Shown piece after piece: positions 61,540-64,000 of a stretch of DNA of 64,000 nucleotides. Source of the stretch: an uncultured Muribaculaceae bacterium. Its GTDB lineage: Bacteria > Bacillota_I > Bacilli_A > RF39 > UBA660. The notes under the pieces were generated by a model. That model did no database searches. It had not been told where the DNA came from and saw nothing but the letters and a program-made list of their open reading frames with translations. The translations under genes were made by a program, and so were the position numbers. Position 1 is the first letter of the stretch. Each line of letters starts with the position of its first letter. The DNA lies in contig CAZVUP010000003.1 of NCBI GenBank assembly GCA_964630365.1, forward strand, positions 98 through 64,097. The letters are read 5' to 3'.

Positions 61540-64000
61540 ATGATGAAGATAATGGATGGAAATGAGGCCGCTGCTCATGTATCATATAATTTTACAGAAG
61601 TAGCTGGAATATATCCAATTACACCAGCTAGTCCTATGGCAGAGCTTACTGATAAATGGGCTAGTGAAAACAAACTTAATTATTTTGGTACACCTGTTAA
61701 GGTGGTTGAAATGGAAAGTGAAGCTGGAGCAGCTGGAATGGTTCATGGTTCTTTGCAGGCTGGTGCTTTAACAACTACATATACTGCTAGTCAAGGTTTA
61801 TTATTAATGATTCCAAATATGTATAAAATAGCAGGTGAGATGCTTCCTTGTGTAATAAATGTTGCGGCAAGAAGTTTAGCTACGCATGCTTTATCAATAT
61901 TTGGTGATCATCAAGATGTTTATGCAGCTAGAGCAACAGGATTTGCAATGCTTGCTTCTAGTTCTGTGCAACAGGTAATGGATTTAACGGGAGTTGCTCA
62001 TTTGTCAGCAATTAAAGCTAGTTTACCATTTATGAATTTCTTTGATGGTTTTAGGACTAGTCATGAATTACAAAAAGTTGAGTTAATTGATACTGATAAA
62101 CTAAAAAAACTAATTGATGAAAAGGCTTTAGAAAAATTTAGAGCCAGAGCAATGAATCCTAATAATCCAACAATTAGAGGAACAGCACAAAATGAAGATA
62201 TTTATTTTCAAGCAACAGAAGTTAGAAATGAATATTATAATAAATTACCAGATATTGTTGCTGGATATATGAATGATGTTAATAAAATAACTGGTAGAAA
62301 TTATAAGCCATTTAATTATTATGGTAGTAAGACCGCTAATAAAGTAATAGTTGCTATGGGATCTGTTTGTGAAACTATTAGAGAAACTGTTGAATATTTA
62401 GTTAAAGAGAAAAATGAAAATATTGGATTAATGGAAGTACATTTATATCGTCCATTTAGTTCTAAGTATTTTTTAAATGAATTACCTAAGACAGTTAAGA
62501 AAATAGCTGTACTTGATCGTACTAAAGAAGCCGGTGCTAGTGGAGAACCATTATATTTAGATGTTGTTAAAACAATAAAAGAAGTAGATGCTAGAGTAAG
62601 TGTTTATGGTGGAAGATATGGTTTATCTAGTAAAAATACAACACCAGCTATGATAAAAGGTGTATTTGACTTTTTAGATACAAGAGATGTTCATAATAAC
62701 TTTACTGTAGGTATAGAAGATGATATTACTAATTTAAGTATTTCTTATGATCCTAAATTTATGGTTCCTAAAAGTGATGTGGAATTCTTAATTTACGGAT
62801 ATGGTAGTGATGGTATGGTATCAGCTTCAAAAGATTTAATGAAGATTACAGGTACTTATACTAATGCTTATGTACAAGGATATTTCCAATATGACTCTAA
62901 AAAGAGTGGTGGAGTTACTATTTCAAATTTAAGATTTGGTAAGAGCCCTATTACATCTACTTATTATGTTGAAAAAGCAAATATTGTTGTTTGTACTAAA
63001 GATGCCTATTTAAAACGATTAAAGATGCTTGAAAAGATAGCTGAAAAAGGAGTATTTATTTTAAATACGAATAAAACTCCTGATGAAGTTTTAGCTGCAA
63101 TGAGTAATCATGACAAGATGATTTTACAAAATAAAAAGATAAAGATGTTTATTGTTGATGCTAGTAAAATAGCATTTGATGCTGGTCTTCCTGGTAAGAT
63201 TAGTACAATTATGGAAACAATAATTTTTAAACTAGGAAAGATTGTTGATTTTGAATTTGCTATTCAAAAAATAAAGGAAAATTTAGCAACTAAGTTTGCC
63301 AATAAGGGTGGAGGATTAGTTGAAAAGAATATAAAAGCAATTGATTCAGCACTTGAATGTTTAATACCAGTTAAAGTTCCTTATGTAGATTTTGATAAAG
63401 AAATAAGCCCTAAAAAGAGTCTGTTTGAAGTTATAGATTCTATGGAAGGTGATAGCCTACCAGTTAGTAGTTTTGTTAAAATGCCTAATGGTGAGTATGA
63501 AGCAGGAACATCAAAACTTGATAAGAGAGATAGTAGTGATATGGCTCCTTGCTATAATCCAGAAAATTGTATTTCTTGCAATATGTGTAGTTTAGTATGT
63601 CCACATGGAGTTATTAGACCATTCTTATTAGATGAAAAAGAAGTTATAGATGCTAATGATGCTGTAACTAGACATTTAATTGCTGCAAATATAAAAGATA
63701 AAGATTATAAATTTACAGTAGGTGTTAGTTTGCCTGACTGTACAGGGTGTGGTTTGTGTAGTGAAGTTTGTCCTGGTAAAGCGGGTGCTAAAGCTCTAGT
63801 TATGAAGATGAAACATGAACTACTTGAAGATAAGAGAGATGAAGAATATAAATATTTATTTGATGAAGTAAAAGAGAAAAAAGATGTTATGCCAATTAAT
63901 ACAGTTAAGGGAAGCCAATTTGTTAAACCTAAATTTGAATTTCCTGGAGCATGTGCTGGTTGTGGAGAAACGCCTTATCTTAAGTTATTAACACAATTAT
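61540..64000 (+). CDS. nifJ: Pyruvate:ferredoxin (flavodoxin) oxidoreductase, 5' ~820 codons; runs off the right edge
   Basis: AGGAGG SD. MMKIMDGNEAAAHVSYNFTEVAGIYPITPASPMAE ... EAGAAGMVHGSLQAGALTTTYTASQGLLLMIPNMYKIAGE. Ferredoxin-type CISCNMCSLVCPHG and CTGCGLCSEVCPG. TPP region GACAGCGETPY. Absent from the ORF track because there is no stop in the window. Confidence 0.9.
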   Translation, partial: MMKIMDGNEAAAHVSYNFTEVAGIYPITPASPMAELTDKWASENKLNYFGTPVKVVEMESEAGAAGMVHGSLQAGALTTTYTASQGLLLMIPNMYKIAGEMLPCVINVAARSLATHALSIFGDHQDVYAARATGFAMLASSSVQQVMDLTGVAHLSAIKASLPFMNFFDGFRTSHELQKVELIDTDKLKKLIDEKALEKFRARAMNPNNPTIRGTAQNEDIYFQATEVRNEYYNKLPDIVAGYMNDVNKITGRNYKPFNYYGSKTANKVIVAMGSVCETIRETVEYLVKEKNENIGLMEVHLYRPFSSKYFLNELPKTVKKIAVLDRTKEAGASGEPLYLDVVKTIKEVDARVSVYGGRYGLSSKNTTPAMIKGVFDFLDTRDVHNNFTVGIEDDITNLSISYDPKFMVPKSDVEFLIYGYGSDGMVSASKDLMKITGTYTNAYVQGYFQYDSKKSGGVTISNLRFGKSPITSTYYVEKANIVVCTKDAYLKRLKMLEKIAEKGVFILNTNKTPDEVLAAMSNHDKMILQNKKIKMFIVDASKIAFDAGLPGKISTIMETIIFKLGKIVDFEFAIQKIKENLATKFANKGGGLVEKNIKAIDSALECLIPVKVPYVDFDKEISPKKSLFEVIDSMEGDSLPVSSFVKMPNGEYEAGTSKLDKRDSSDMAPCYNPENCISCNMCSLVCPHGVIRPFLLDEKEVIDANDAVTRHLIAANIKDKDYKFTVGVSLPDCTGCGLCSEVCPGKAGAKALVMKMKHELLEDKRDEEYKYLFDEVKEKKDVMPINTVKGSQFVKPKFEFPGACAGCGETPYLKLLTQL

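Noticed and set aside
1-64000. Search for CRISPR arrays, tRNA/rRNA genes, IS elements, integrases and prophage modules
   Set aside because: I saw no regularly spaced direct repeats, no cloverleaf-like or rRNA-like GC-rich segments, and no transposase or recombinase motifs by eye. Small structured RNAs cannot be excluded without covariance-model scans.

Overview
AT-rich segment, coded almost entirely on the plus strand, that looks like a low-GC Gram-positive chromosome (Bacillota). The gene content fits Erysipelotrichia/Clostridia-like organisms, but the taxon cannot be proven from sequence alone. I saw no rRNA, tRNA, CRISPR array, transposase or integrase. Layout: (1) 1-5.8 kb holds stand-alone cytoplasmic genes, including an HD hydrolase and a NUDIX hydrolase. 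(2) 6.0-9.1 kb holds two wall-anchored surface proteins with NPxTG sorting signals, behind a near-consensus promoter and a leader carrying a G11 homopolymer. (3) 9.2-39.6 kb is the dominant feature, a ~30 kb locus. It has three SipW-type (archaeal/ER-type S26) signal-peptidase genes, one of them apparently catalytically dead, and seven small TasA/camelysin-like genes (an eighth lies at 41.5 kb on the minus strand). It also has a 2.6k-aa beta-helix adhesin, two tandem vWA adhesins and a Listeria-Bacteroides-repeat protein. Inside its second operon sits a membrane-tethered McrB-like AAA+ NTPase with a nuclease-less McrC-like partner. A solitary DUF1016-type PD-(D/E)xK nuclease gene splits the locus. 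(4) 39.6-47 kb holds a DUF1846 protein, a candidate type I toxin-like small ORF, lipoprotein and membrane genes, an rRNA-type methyltransferase, an RluA-family synthase and a Pro/Val-repeat protein. (5) 47-55 kb is an envelope glycopolymer cluster: GT4, a split Alg14/Alg13-like transferase fused to GtrA, an orphan prepilin-type gene, two phosphodiester-glycosidase paralogues and an SGNH hydrolase. (6) 55-60 kb is a vWA/XpaC/solute-binding-like/TelA cluster, followed by a SpoVK/CbbX-like AAA+ gene and the 5' part of pyruvate:ferredoxin oxidoreductase. All functional calls come from motifs read by eye. None has been checked by database search.
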